Shown here: positions 1 to 7,994 of the stretch, in pieces
Numbering within the stretch: position 1 is the first letter of the stretch
Layout of the letters: every line of letters starts with the position of its first letter
Source of the DNA: a virus
Taxonomy: Duplodnaviria; Caudoviricetes
Strand: one strand, 5' to 3'
Virus record (IMG/VR): IMGVR_UViG_3300017700_000643
Span: 1-40,056 of that record
DNA: 40,056 nucleotides
Program-made: the position numbers and the translations under genes
The notes under the pieces: model-generated
Told to the model about the DNA's origin: nothing
Database searches by the model: none
Seen by the model: the letters and a program-made list of their open reading frames with translations, nothing else

Positions 1-123
1 ATCGACATGGAGGCCAAGGCAGACGTGGCCGCATGGGAAAAACAGTTTGACGACATCGCCGCCTACCATGAGGGCGGGGAGAGCAATGAGTCCTGGTATC
101 GCGCCGCTGAAAGCATGCTTGCC
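1..123. repeat. Terminal direct repeat, left copy (assembly overlap closing a 39,933-bp circle)
   Basis: Bases 1-123 are identical to 39934-40056, and the reading frame of the giant gene continues across the join. Confidence 0.97.
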
Positions 124-3084
124 GATCAGGACCTACCAAGCTACGAGGGCGCCGAAGTGATGCAGGACGGTCTGCGCTCAATGGGCTTCGACGGCATCAC
201 GCACATGGGTGGCGGCCGGGTGAACAAGGAGGGCGCGCGGCACCGGGTGTATGTAACGTTTGACCCGGAACAGAGCAAATCTGCAACGGGCAACATCGGC
301 ACCTTCGACAAGGCCAGCCCGGACCTCCGCTACAGCGTGCCCAAGAAGCGACCACTCCCCGCCACGACATCATGGGCAGCACCGCCCGGCAGTCCGCCGG
401 TTAACCCAGCGGCAGGCGGCGTATTGGCCCCGCAGCCTTGGACGGTATCGGAGCCTGGCGCTGGCGATGCCTTTATCCGCGGCATCCAAAACAACAAGAT
501 CGACATGAAGCGGGTACGCGATGCCATCGCCCAGCAGTTCGGCCGCGTGCCGGAAGCCCTGGACCCGTACCTGGGCGAAGAGCTTTACCAAGGCAAGGTC
601 GCTGCGCGCGTCACCGAGCTGCACGAAAACACCGTTGAGCCGATCCTGAAAAAGATTGCGGTAGCGGGAGCGAATGCTGGCGTCACGCTGGACGATGTGA
701 ACCAGTACCTGCACGCCCGCCATGCACCGGAGCGCAATGCGGCCATGAAGGCAATCAATCCGAACATGCCGAACAACGATGCACTGTCCGGCATGAGCGA
801 TGCCGACGCGGCCACCGTTATGGCTGGATTCCGCACGGCCGGCAAGGATGCCGCCCTGGCGCTGATCGTGAAGGACATCGACCAGCTCAACGCCGACACG
901 CGCACGGCGCTGGTTGCCGATGGCCTGGAAGACGCTGCAACCGTCCAGGCCTGGGAAGCCGCGTACAAGTTCTATGCGCCCCTGCAGCGTGACGTGAAGT
1001 CCAGCGGCACACCCAAGGGAATGGGTTTTAGCGTCCGTGGGCCTGAGGCCAAGCGCGCCGTGGGCTCCAACAAGGATGTGGTCAACATCCTGGCCAACAT
1101 CGTGGCGCAAGCCGAGACGGCCGCCATCCGTGCCGAAAAGGCCAAGGTCGGCCGCGCGCTGCTGGAGATGGCGAAGGCCTACCCGAACCCCAATTTTTGG
1201 AAGGTGGACCAGGCCCCCACCAAGCCGAGGATCGACCCCAAAACCGGGTTGGTTATCCGTGGCGCCGTGGACCCGATGTATCAGACTGCCGACAACGTGC
1301 TGATGGTGAAGGACTACGGCATGGAGCATTTCATTGTCTTCAACAAGGACAGCGACCGGGCAATGCTCACAGCGCGCGCAATGAAGAACCTTGACGCTGC
1401 GCCGATGAACAAGATTTTGGAGGTTGCCAGCAAGGGGACGCGATTCATTGCCTCCCTGCTGACTCAGCGCAACCCGCTTTTCTGGATGACCAACTTTGCA
1501 CGCGACATCCAGGGGGCACTTATCAACCTGGAGGGCACCGACGCCGAAGGCCTGCAGGCCAAGGTACTGGGCAACTTGGGCAAGTCCTTCAAGGGTATGC
1601 ACGCAATTGTCCGGGGCGACAGTACAGGCCAATGGGCGCGCTACGCCAAGGAAATGCAGGAGGCCGGCGGCACCACGGGCTACATGCAGCAGTTTGAAAA
1701 CTCTGACGCCCGCATGAAGAACCTGCAGCGTGAGGTTGACCGCATGGCGCAAGGTAAAGCTGACCCGCGCAAACTGGGCCGGATGGTGCTGGATTTTGTC
1801 GATGATTACAACGACATCATCGAAAACGCCGTGCGCCTGTCCGTCTTCCAGACTGCCCGTCAGGCCGGCGCTTCGACCATGAAGGCGGCCAGCATCGCCA
1901 AGAACATCACGGTCAATTTCAACCGCAAAGGCAACCTGACGCCCCCCGTCAATGCCCTCTACATGTTCTTTAACGCCTCCGTCCAAGGCACGGCCCGGCT
2001 GACTCAGGCGCTTGTCACCAGCCCGAAGGCGCAGGCGCTGGTAGGCGGTATAGCGATCATGGGCTTTGTGCTGGATGCGCTCAACCGAGCCATGTCCGAC
2101 GATGACGAAGAAACCGGCCGCAATCGCTACGACCTGATTCCTGAGTTCGAGAAGTCCAAGAACTGGATTTTCATGAACCCCATGCGCCCCGGCGAGTATG
2201 TGAAGGTGCCGCTGCCGCTTGGCCCCCACGTCTTCCATAATGCTGGCCGCCTTATCTCGGACGCGATCTTCCGCAAGGACCCGCGCAATGCCAGCGAATA
2301 CGGCTGGTCAATGGCAAGCACCGTGCTGGACGCATTCAGCCCGCTGGGCGCTACGTCGTCGGTCGGGCAGCTCATCGCGCCGTCCATCCTTGACCCTGTT
2401 GTTCAGATAGCTGAAAACAAGTCGTTTACCGGCGGGCCGGTGTACAAGTCGAAGGATCGCGGCTTCGGCCACATAGACCCCAAGCCAGCCTACACCCGGT
2501 TTTTTGAGAACACCCCGGACCTGTGGAAAGCCGCATCCAAAGGGCTCAACGACATCAGCGGCGGCGACAAGGTCAAGCCGGGCCTGGTGAACATCGAGCC
2601 GGACATTCTCAAGTCGGTTTTCTACACCATGACCGGCGGCCCCGGCCGGACGCTGGACCAGGCGCTGGACGCCACCCAGTCGCAGGCCCGCGGCGACACC
2701 CCAACCGTCAACCGCATTCCGTTCGCCAGCCGCTTCTATGGCACCAACGACGACCGCCAGCGCGAGCGGGCTTACTACGATGACCGTAAGCGCGTGGCGG
2801 ATGCCAAGACCCAGTTTGACTATTTCGTGAAGTCGGGCCGGGCTGACCTGGCGCGAGAGGTGGCCACCGAGCTGGGCGAGGGGAATCCAGCCAAGGGCCG
2901 GAAGATGATGCTGGAATTCAAGACCGCCGGCAAGACCGTGGGCGCGCTCAATAAGCAGATCCGGGCGGAGCTCGAACAGCAGGAAAAGGGCGGGGACCGC
3001 TCGGAGCAAATCAAGACACTCAAGGCCCGCCGCGTCAAGGTGATGGGCAACGCCGTACGCGACGAAAAAACCGAGGACGAATAA
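1..3084 (+). CDS. C-terminal part of the giant polyvalent virion/ejection protein (end of ART-like domain, then LPD38-like region); continues from 34528
   Basis: ORF 7..3084 is in frame with the open frame from 34528 across the junction. GFDGI...YVTFDPEQSKSATGNIGTF completes the ART-PolyVal-like domain. ITVNFNRKG...LYMFFNASVQG and EKSKNWIF...YVKVPLP are typical of LPD38-type large polyvalent proteins. Confidence 0.85.
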   Translation: MDMEAKADVAAWEKQFDDIAAYHEGGESNESWYRAAESMLADQDLPSYEGAEVMQDGLRSMGFDGITHMGGGRVNKEGARHRVYVTFDPEQSKSATGNIGTFDKASPDLRYSVPKKRPLPATTSWAAPPGSPPVNPAAGGVLAPQPWTVSEPGAGDAFIRGIQNNKIDMKRVRDAIAQQFGRVPEALDPYLGEELYQGKVAARVTELHENTVEPILKKIAVAGANAGVTLDDVNQYLHARHAPERNAAMKAINPNMPNNDALSGMSDADAATVMAGFRTAGKDAALALIVKDIDQLNADTRTALVADGLEDAATVQAWEAAYKFYAPLQRDVKSSGTPKGMGFSVRGPEAKRAVGSNKDVVNILANIVAQAETAAIRAEKAKVGRALLEMAKAYPNPNFWKVDQAPTKPRIDPKTGLVIRGAVDPMYQTADNVLMVKDYGMEHFIVFNKDSDRAMLTARAMKNLDAAPMNKILEVASKGTRFIASLLTQRNPLFWMTNFARDIQGALINLEGTDAEGLQAKVLGNLGKSFKGMHAIVRGDSTGQWARYAKEMQEAGGTTGYMQQFENSDARMKNLQREVDRMAQGKADPRKLGRMVLDFVDDYNDIIENAVRLSVFQTARQAGASTMKAASIAKNITVNFNRKGNLTPPVNALYMFFNASVQGTARLTQALVTSPKAQALVGGIAIMGFVLDALNRAMSDDDEETGRNRYDLIPEFEKSKNWIFMNPMRPGEYVKVPLPLGPHVFHNAGRLISDAIFRKDPRNASEYGWSMASTVLDAFSPLGATSSVGQLIAPSILDPVVQIAENKSFTGGPVYKSKDRGFGHIDPKPAYTRFFENTPDLWKAASKGLNDISGGDKVKPGLVNIEPDILKSVFYTMTGGPGRTLDQALDATQSQARGDTPTVNRIPFASRFYGTNDDRQRERAYYDDRKRVADAKTQFDYFVKSGRADLAREVATELGEGNPAKGRKMMLEFKTAGKTVGALNKQIRAELEQQEKGGDRSEQIKTLKARRVKVMGNAVRDEKTEDE

Positions 3085-3120
3085 CAAAAGTCCGGCGGGC
3101 ACGACACGCGGCTAAAGAAT
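3084..3120 (+). promoter_or_regulatory. Putative late promoter (conserved motif copy 1) upstream of the lysis cassette
   Basis: ACAAAAGTCCGGCGGG...ACGCGGC..AAGAAT aligns without gaps to copies at 17536, 19431, 22648 and 34390; followed by an AGGAGG RBS. Confidence 0.65.
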
Positions 3121-3141
3121 GGGCAAAGGAGGTTATTGCCC

Positions 3142-3378
3142 ATGAAGTTTGCACTTGTCCCCAACTGGCGGAATCTTTGGAAGTCCTGGTCCCTGCGCTT
3201 TGCAGCTTTGGGCGCCGCCGTGCCCGAGCTGCTGCAGCTCATGGCCGATAACAGCGATTCACTCCCCTGGCTGAACGACGGCTACAAGAGCGGGATCCGT
3301 CTCGGTTTCCTGATCCTGGTTATCCTGGCCCGGCCCGTCAAGCAGGTGGCCGTCTCCGGCCCGGCCGAACAGCCATGA
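3142..3378 (+). CDS. Holin
   Basis: 78 aa with two hydrophobic segments, W-rich N-terminus (NWRNLWKSWSLR), AGGAGG RBS at 3127-3132, stop overlaps the endolysin start. Confidence 0.75.
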   Translation: MKFALVPNWRNLWKSWSLRFAALGAAVPELLQLMADNSDSLPWLNDGYKSGIRLGFLILVILARPVKQVAVSGPAEQP

Positions 3379-4019
3379 CGCCGCTGATCCTTTCGCGCTG
3401 TACTGGCGCACGCATTGACCGGGCAGAGCGCTGCCTGCCTGCGCTGCTGCAGGCCATGGCCCTCTATGGCATCGACACGAAGCCGCGACAAGCCATGTTC
3501 CTGGCGAACATCGGCCACGAAACCGGAGGCCTCAAATGGCTGTCTGAAATCTGGGGGCCTACCCCTGCACAGCGCCGCTATGAGCGTGACTTCGCCAAGC
3601 CCTGGCCGCGTTCCGTGGCGGAGTCCAAGCTACCGGAGTTCGCGGTTAATCGCCTGGCCTACACCCTGGGCAATACGGCAGCCGGCGACGGTGAGTTTTT
3701 CAAGGGTCATGCGATGCTGCAGACCACAGGCCGCTACAACCACGCCATCACGCGGGATCGCCTGCGCGCACGCTTCCCGCACATGGACATTCCAGACTTC
3801 GAGCTGGAGCCGGACAAGCTGGCGGAACCGCAATGGGCAGCGCTGGCGGCCGGGGAGTATGTCGCCATGAAGGACGCCAACAGCATTGCCGACGCTGGCG
3901 ACTTTGACGGCTATTGCGACCTCATCAACAAAGGCCGCAAGACCATCGCCCTGGGCGACACGAACGGCTACGCGGACAGGGCAATCCTGTTTGCCGCGGG
4001 CATGGCGGCACTGCCATGA
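3375..4019 (+). CDS. Endolysin, glycoside hydrolase family 19 (chitinase/lysozyme-like)
   Basis: AMFLANIGHETGGL, LGN...GDG, QTTGRYN and ING-like (INKG) motifs of phage GH19 lysins; lies between holin and spanins. Confidence 0.88.
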   Translation: MTPLILSRCTGARIDRAERCLPALLQAMALYGIDTKPRQAMFLANIGHETGGLKWLSEIWGPTPAQRRYERDFAKPWPRSVAESKLPEFAVNRLAYTLGNTAAGDGEFFKGHAMLQTTGRYNHAITRDRLRARFPHMDIPDFELEPDKLAEPQWAALAAGEYVAMKDANSIADAGDFDGYCDLINKGRKTIALGDTNGYADRAILFAAGMAALP

Positions 4020-4549
4020 ACCCCCTTACCTGGCTCAATCCCGGCCGCTGGCTCCTGTACCTGGCGCTGGCCGCTGCACTGGTGGCTGGCTTCTTCGCCT
4101 GGCAGTCGCATGAGCGCGGCATTGGCCGTGAGGAAGGCCGGGCCGAGGTGCAGGGCAAATGGGACAAGGAAAAGATCGCCCAGCAAGAGGCGGTAATCGC
4201 CGAGAACCAGGCAAACGCCAAAGAAACCCAGCGCCGCCTTGAGCGGCAGAAGGAAAACCAAGATGCTCAGGACAAAGAACTGGCCGCAGCTCGCGGCGAT
4301 GCTGTGCGTAACAGCGCTGACGCTGATCGCCTGCGGGACCAAAACGCCGACACCGCCAAGCGCTGGCGTGATGCCCTCCGCAATACCCCCGCTTGCATCG
4401 AGTGCGCGCCAGCCGGAGACGCCATTGTGGTGCTTGCCGACGTGCTCGCGCGGGCTGATCGCCGAGCGGGCGACCTGGCCGCCTACGCCGACACCACCCG
4501 CACCGCCGGCCTCAAGTGCGAAAGGGACTACGACGCCCTGACGAAATAA
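4016..4549 (+). CDS. Rz: Rz-like inner-membrane spanin (DUF2514-like)
   Basis: ATG at 4016 overlaps the endolysin stop; N-terminal TM helix, coiled coil, C-terminal ADRRAGDLAAYAD...AGLKCERDYDAL. Confidence 0.8.
   Translation: MNPLTWLNPGRWLLYLALAAALVAGFFAWQSHERGIGREEGRAEVQGKWDKEKIAQQEAVIAENQANAKETQRRLERQKENQDAQDKELAAARGDAVRNSADADRLRDQNADTAKRWRDALRNTPACIECAPAGDAIVVLADVLARADRRAGDLAAYADTTRTAGLKCERDYDALTK
4263..4541 (+). CDS. Rz1: Rz1-like outer-membrane lipoprotein spanin nested in Rz (+1 frame)
   Basis: MLRTKNWPQLAAMLCVTALTLIA-C signal peptide with lipobox LIAC, Pro-rich mature part with two further Cys, AAGGA upstream, fully embedded in Rz. Confidence 0.75.
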   Translation: MLRTKNWPQLAAMLCVTALTLIACGTKTPTPPSAGVMPSAIPPLASSARQPETPLWCLPTCSRGLIAERATWPPTPTPPAPPASSAKGTTTP

Positions 4550-4763
4550 CCACCGCCGTTCATTCCGCCAAGACTGGGCGGGCGCTGGGGCGGCAATACT
4601 GGCGCAAACCTTCCTCTGGCGGCACAGGGGTTCACGGTCGGGGCCGATAGCGCAGCCGCCAGCCCGGAGCACAGCCCACAAGGTTGCCGGGTAGTCGTAT
4701 GGCGGCCTTTGTCGCCTTGGATAGTTTGGTATCGGATTGCCCGGGGCGCGATAGTTTTCTAGC

Positions 4764-5001
4764 GGGGGACTTTTGGGGGAGTGGCCTTGTATGGCCTGAG
4801 CACAGCAGAGCACGAGTAGTTGGAACGGTCGGCCCGTGGTCTATATAAATCAACAACTTAGCGGTGAGCAGAAAACTACGAACCAAGGGGTCGTGGGTTC
4901 AATTCCTGCCAGCCGCACCATACATTCCTGATGTATTTCAACAGCTTAGAGGCTTCTACCCTCTAGGCTGTTTTTCTTTGCTGGGGGACTTCTGGGGGAC
5001 T
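4764..5001. mobile_element. attP region: core, two IHF-like boxes and arm-type repeats
   Basis: Core 4876-4920. IHF consensus WATCAANNNNTTR at 4848-4860 (exact) and 4936-4948 (one mismatch). Paired GGGGGA(C/G)T repeats at 4764-4782 and 4983-5001. Adjacent to the integrase. Confidence 0.8.
4876..4920 (+). other. attP core = 3' half of a tRNA-Arg(ACG) gene (anticodon loop to CCA)
   Basis: CTACGAA anticodon loop, T-arm GTGGG-TTCAATT-CCTGC, acceptor 3' strand ending GCACCA; no D-arm or 5' half upstream. Confidence 0.9.
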
Positions 5002-6141
5002 GACCACCCGAAAACCCCCGGCTTGCTCCAGTCTCAAGGTGTGCAGGCTCTTATTCCAGGCCCCGCTATCCGCCTTGATTTTCTCAAGCGCCCCGTGCAA
5101 TTCCACAATCTGCGCCACGCTGTAGTGGTGCGTTATCGACTTCTTGCTGTGCCAGAGCAAGTCCGCGATAGTGCCCTCAGCTATGCCGGCTTCCCGTAGG
5201 CGCATGCCCACGGTGTGCCGCAAGTCGTGAACGTGCAGATCGCCCAGCCCGGCCGCCTCGCGCGCCGTCCGCCAGCCGCTGTTATTCATCCGTGCGATAG
5301 GCCGGTAAGGCTGTGCCGCCACCAGGTGCAGGTTTTTGACCCGCTCCCGGCGATAGACGAAAACAAACTCTTTATGCTGGCCCCTGCACGCATCCACCAC
5401 CGATTGGGCCACGCTGTTGCACACCACCACGCGAACGCGGCGGCGGCCCTTGACGTGCTCCCTGGGCACCTCAAACACCGAACAATTCAGCTCCGGTATC
5501 TGGATTTCCCATTCCCACCGGAGGCTGCAAGCCACGTCGTCACGCACGCCAGTATTCAAAATGAACAAGGACATGCGCGCCAGGTGGCCGGGTAGCTTCG
5601 GGATGAGTTGGCGCTGCTGCCCCCAGGTGATTGGCATAGGCTCTCGCTGGTGACCCACCAGTGGCAGCATGGTGATGGCTGGGGCCTTGTCTAACCAGGT
5701 GCGGCCGGCGTCATCACGCCAAGCCGAACAGGCTAGATTCAGGATCCGGCGCACCACGCCCAAGGCCAGGTTAATGGTCTTGTGCGCGATCCCATCGGCC
5801 AGCCGGGCCGTGATGTACGGCGCCAGCGTGCTGTCATGGATCTGGGGCAGTGCGAGCGTGCCGATAAAGGGCATGATGGATTTCAGCAAATAGGCTTCCG
5901 TCGCAAGCGACGGCTTATCCTGATTGGTCAGCAGGTAGTGGGCTGCAGCGTGGTCAAAGCTGACGGCCGGCCTGACGCCGTGCAGTTGCACCTGTTGGTG
6001 CGCCTGCAGCTCGCGTATCAGCCAGCCCTCTGCCTCTTCAGCACTGTTGAAACCGCGCTGTCGAAAGCGCTTTTTCCACTTCCACTTATCGACCTGCCAG
6101 CCGTCCTTGTCGGGGAGGACTCCCCGTGTGGTTTGGCCCAT
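4963..6141 (-). CDS. int: Tyrosine recombinase/integrase
   Basis: NTGVR (R), VKG (K), HDLRH (HxxR), LLWH, THHY (Tyr nucleophile); AAGGA RBS; next to attP. Confidence 0.95.
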   Translation of the reverse strand: MGQTTRGVLPDKDGWQVDKWKWKKRFRQRGFNSAEEAEGWLIRELQAHQQVQLHGVRPAVSFDHAAAHYLLTNQDKPSLATEAYLLKSIMPFIGTLALPQIHDSTLAPYITARLADGIAHKTINLALGVVRRILNLACSAWRDDAGRTWLDKAPAITMLPLVGHQREPMPITWGQQRQLIPKLPGHLARMSLFILNTGVRDDVACSLRWEWEIQIPELNCSVFEVPREHVKGRRRVRVVVCNSVAQSVVDACRGQHKEFVFVYRRERVKNLHLVAAQPYRPIARMNNSGWRTAREAAGLGDLHVHDLRHTVGMRLREAGIAEGTIADLLWHSKKSITHHYSVAQIVELHGALEKIKADSGAWNKSLHTLRLEQAGGFRVVSPPEVPQQRKTA

Positions 6142-6407
6142 GGTTTATTTCCTTTCTGTGTGTCGGGCCGACCGTTCCAGGGGCCATTGTGGGGCATCTT
6201 GGGAAGGGGCTCGTTTGCGGCATCCGTGACAACGCCTGAGGCCTGGGCCTTGAATTCCTCGAAAAGCCGGTCTAGGTCCTGCACGTCAAACAGCAGGATT
6301 CCGCCCTGGGGCATACCGACCAGGCGCGGGCGCCACTTCTCATCGAAGGTGCGGCGCTTCACGCCGACATAGGCCATGGCCTCGGCGTAGGTGTATCCGC
6401 GTTTCAT
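6018..6407 (-). CDS. xis: Excisionase-like winged-helix DNA-binding protein
   Basis: YTYAEAMAYVGVKRRTF...LFDVQDLDR excisionase/HTH_17-like pattern; directly upstream of int and overlapping it. Confidence 0.7.
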   Translation of the reverse strand: MKRGYTYAEAMAYVGVKRRTFDEKWRPRLVGMPQGGILLFDVQDLDRLFEEFKAQASGVVTDAANEPLPKMPHNGPWNGRPDTQKGNKPWAKPHGESSPTRTAGRSISGSGKSAFDSAVSTVLKRQRAG

Positions 6408-6415
6408 CGGCTGGC

Positions 6416-7063
6416 TTAGGCAGTTTCGAGGGTGCGGGCAATGGGGTGCCGGCGGGCTGGGGCGGGGCTAGGCGCGGCTTTCTCCGCCGCAGGCTGGAGC
6501 AGGTAGCCCGATGGCTTGCGAAGCCTACCGGTGGCCAGGCCGTCCTCAATCAGGTAATACTCCAGCACCGCCGCCACGCTGTAGCAGCGAGTACCCCGGG
6601 AGACGTTCGGCCCCAAGACATCAAAGCTCAGGCTTTCCAGGTCGTCACAGTCGCCCCGCACGTCGCCCAGGCGCAGCGGTGCACCTGGCAAGCGGTTGAA
6701 ACCCATCAGGATGGCAGACAAAAGCCCGCCCATCTGGGCCTTGACGGGGAGCTTGCGGCAGGCGTCCAGCAGCGTGGCCGCCATTTTCCCCGCCTCTTCC
6801 GTGATGTCGGCCATGTTGGCTAGGCCCACGGAGACGGAGTACCGCCCGCGCGGCTCCCACAGTTCTTCTACGGTGTAGTGGTAGCCGTTTTCGGCGATGA
6901 ACTCCAGGTCTTTGGAGCGCTTGGGAAACTTGAAGCCGACCGGGAAGACGCCCGCCGCAATGAGCTGTGCGGCGGTGCCTTCAAAGCAGGTGTGCAAGGT
7001 GTACTCTGACACGGCCATGGACTCGGCAGAGGGGGAGGAGGCGATGACTGGTGGTTTTGACAT
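6416..7063 (-). CDS. Hypothetical protein (early left operon)
   Basis: 215-aa ORF co-oriented with xis/int, 8 bp from the xis start; no recognised family. Confidence 0.7.
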   Translation of the reverse strand: MSKPPVIASSPSAESMAVSEYTLHTCFEGTAAQLIAAGVFPVGFKFPKRSKDLEFIAENGYHYTVEELWEPRGRYSVSVGLANMADITEEAGKMAATLLDACRKLPVKAQMGGLLSAILMGFNRLPGAPLRLGDVRGDCDDLESLSFDVLGPNVSRGTRCYSVAAVLEYYLIEDGLATGRLRKPSGYLLQPAAEKAAPSPAPARRHPIARTLETA

Positions 7064-7137
7064 GGTGAAGCCTGTTTTGCTAAAAAGTCGTGGGGTTGAG
7101 GCTTGCCGTCGAAAACGCCTTCTGTGTGCGCGGGAGG

Positions 7138-7177
7138 TGGCTAACCGCTTTCGCGGGTGCTGTCAGTACGTTAGCCA
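7138..7177. other. Branched stem-loop in intergenic region (candidate structured RNA element)
   Basis: TGGCTAAC (7138-7145) pairs with GTTAGCCA (7170-7177), enclosing CGC-TTTC-GCG (GAAA tetraloop on the minus strand) and GTGC-TGTCA-GTAC. Confidence 0.4.
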
Positions 7178-7236
7178 ACATCTGCATACAATTTGGGGTG
7201 TTTACATCTACGGCATAACCCGCTAGAGGGTTTTGC

Positions 7237-7974
7237 TTAGCCGTCTCCGTTAATTACTGCAGCAATCTGGGCCGTGGGCTCGTTGTCACAGTTGCTGCTG
7301 CACACCGTCATGATCTGGCCGTTGAGTTGTTCAATGCGTAGGCACGCAGCCTTGACAACCATGGACAAAGTCAGCTTGGTCGTGTTTTGATCTTCCTGTC
7401 GTGCTTGGTCGCGCAACATCACACACAGCGTTTCTATTTGCCACGATGCCTCTAGCGCCAGCCCGCGCCGCGCCTCTGCATCGTCTTCCGCTGGCTCGGC
7501 GGGCTCCGCTGCCGTAAGTAGGCCCACAGCCAGCGCATCGCTGCCCTCCAGTGGTAGGCCCATCCGGTAGCGGTCAATATCGCGGCACACATCCAGGGAG
7601 CACTGCGCCAGAGTGTCGGCGGTGTCGGTTCGGCCTTTGTAGCCCCTATTGCTAACGTTGAAGTCCTGCGCAGCCAGTGCGCTGGCCGCCTGAATGAAGC
7701 TATCCGCGTCCATCATTTCGTCGTAGGCTGCGCTTGCGGCCTTCTCACCACCTGGGGCAAAACGCTCCAGGGCCCTGCCCACGATACCGCCGGCATGCTC
7801 CAGAACCCGGCCCACGGTGTCGCCATCTTCGCGGGCAACCATTCCCGCGATTCCGGCCTGCAGCCCTGACAGCCGCAATACGATTTTTTCCCGTGGGTCT
7901 TGGGCCAAGGCGGAGCCCTTGGGAGTTGCGCGCTTAGCGGCTTTGGCTGGGCGCTCGATAGTTGCTTGTGACAT
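7237..7974 (-). CDS. Hypothetical protein with LALEAxWxIExLC module
   Basis: 245-aa ORF with AAGGA RBS; C-terminal module shared with 8584..9648. Confidence 0.8.
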   Translation of the reverse strand: MSQATIERPAKAAKRATPKGSALAQDPREKIVLRLSGLQAGIAGMVAREDGDTVGRVLEHAGGIVGRALERFAPGGEKAASAAYDEMMDADSFIQAASALAAQDFNVSNRGYKGRTDTADTLAQCSLDVCRDIDRYRMGLPLEGSDALAVGLLTAAEPAEPAEDDAEARRGLALEASWQIETLCVMLRDQARQEDQNTTKLTLSMVVKAACLRIEQLNGQIMTVCSSNCDNEPTAQIAAVINGDG

Positions 7975-7994
7975 CTTGAGTCCTTGTGTGGTGG

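Noticed and set aside
1-123. 123-bp repeat as a physical terminal repeat of the virion DNA
   Set aside because: It falls mid-domain in a coding sequence and is exact; more simply an assembler overlap of a circular or permuted sequence.
370-2238. Long antisense ORFs (370..2238, 20398..22299, 24000..25637, 33639..34799, 35899..36918 and similar)
   Set aside because: Shadow frames opposite well-supported GC-rich genes, with no RBS or recognisable motifs.
3136-3147. Lambda S-type dual-start holin/antiholin (TTG-CCC-ATG)
   Set aside because: The TTG is only 3 nt from the SD and the extension has no basic residue.
4764-4780. Minus-strand CCAAAAGTCC (and GCAAACATCCG near 37291) as extra late-promoter copies
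   Set aside because: Wrong strand for late genes; the 4764 match has no -10 hexamer at the conserved spacing and is part of the attP arm repeat.
4876-4920. Functional tRNA gene
   Set aside because: Only the anticodon loop to CCA is present; no 5' acceptor strand or D-arm, so it is the attP core.
7138-7177. Hammerhead ribozyme on the minus strand (CTGA...GAAA)
   Set aside because: The core reads CUGACAG rather than CUGANGA, and GAAA is a hairpin tetraloop, not a junction strand.
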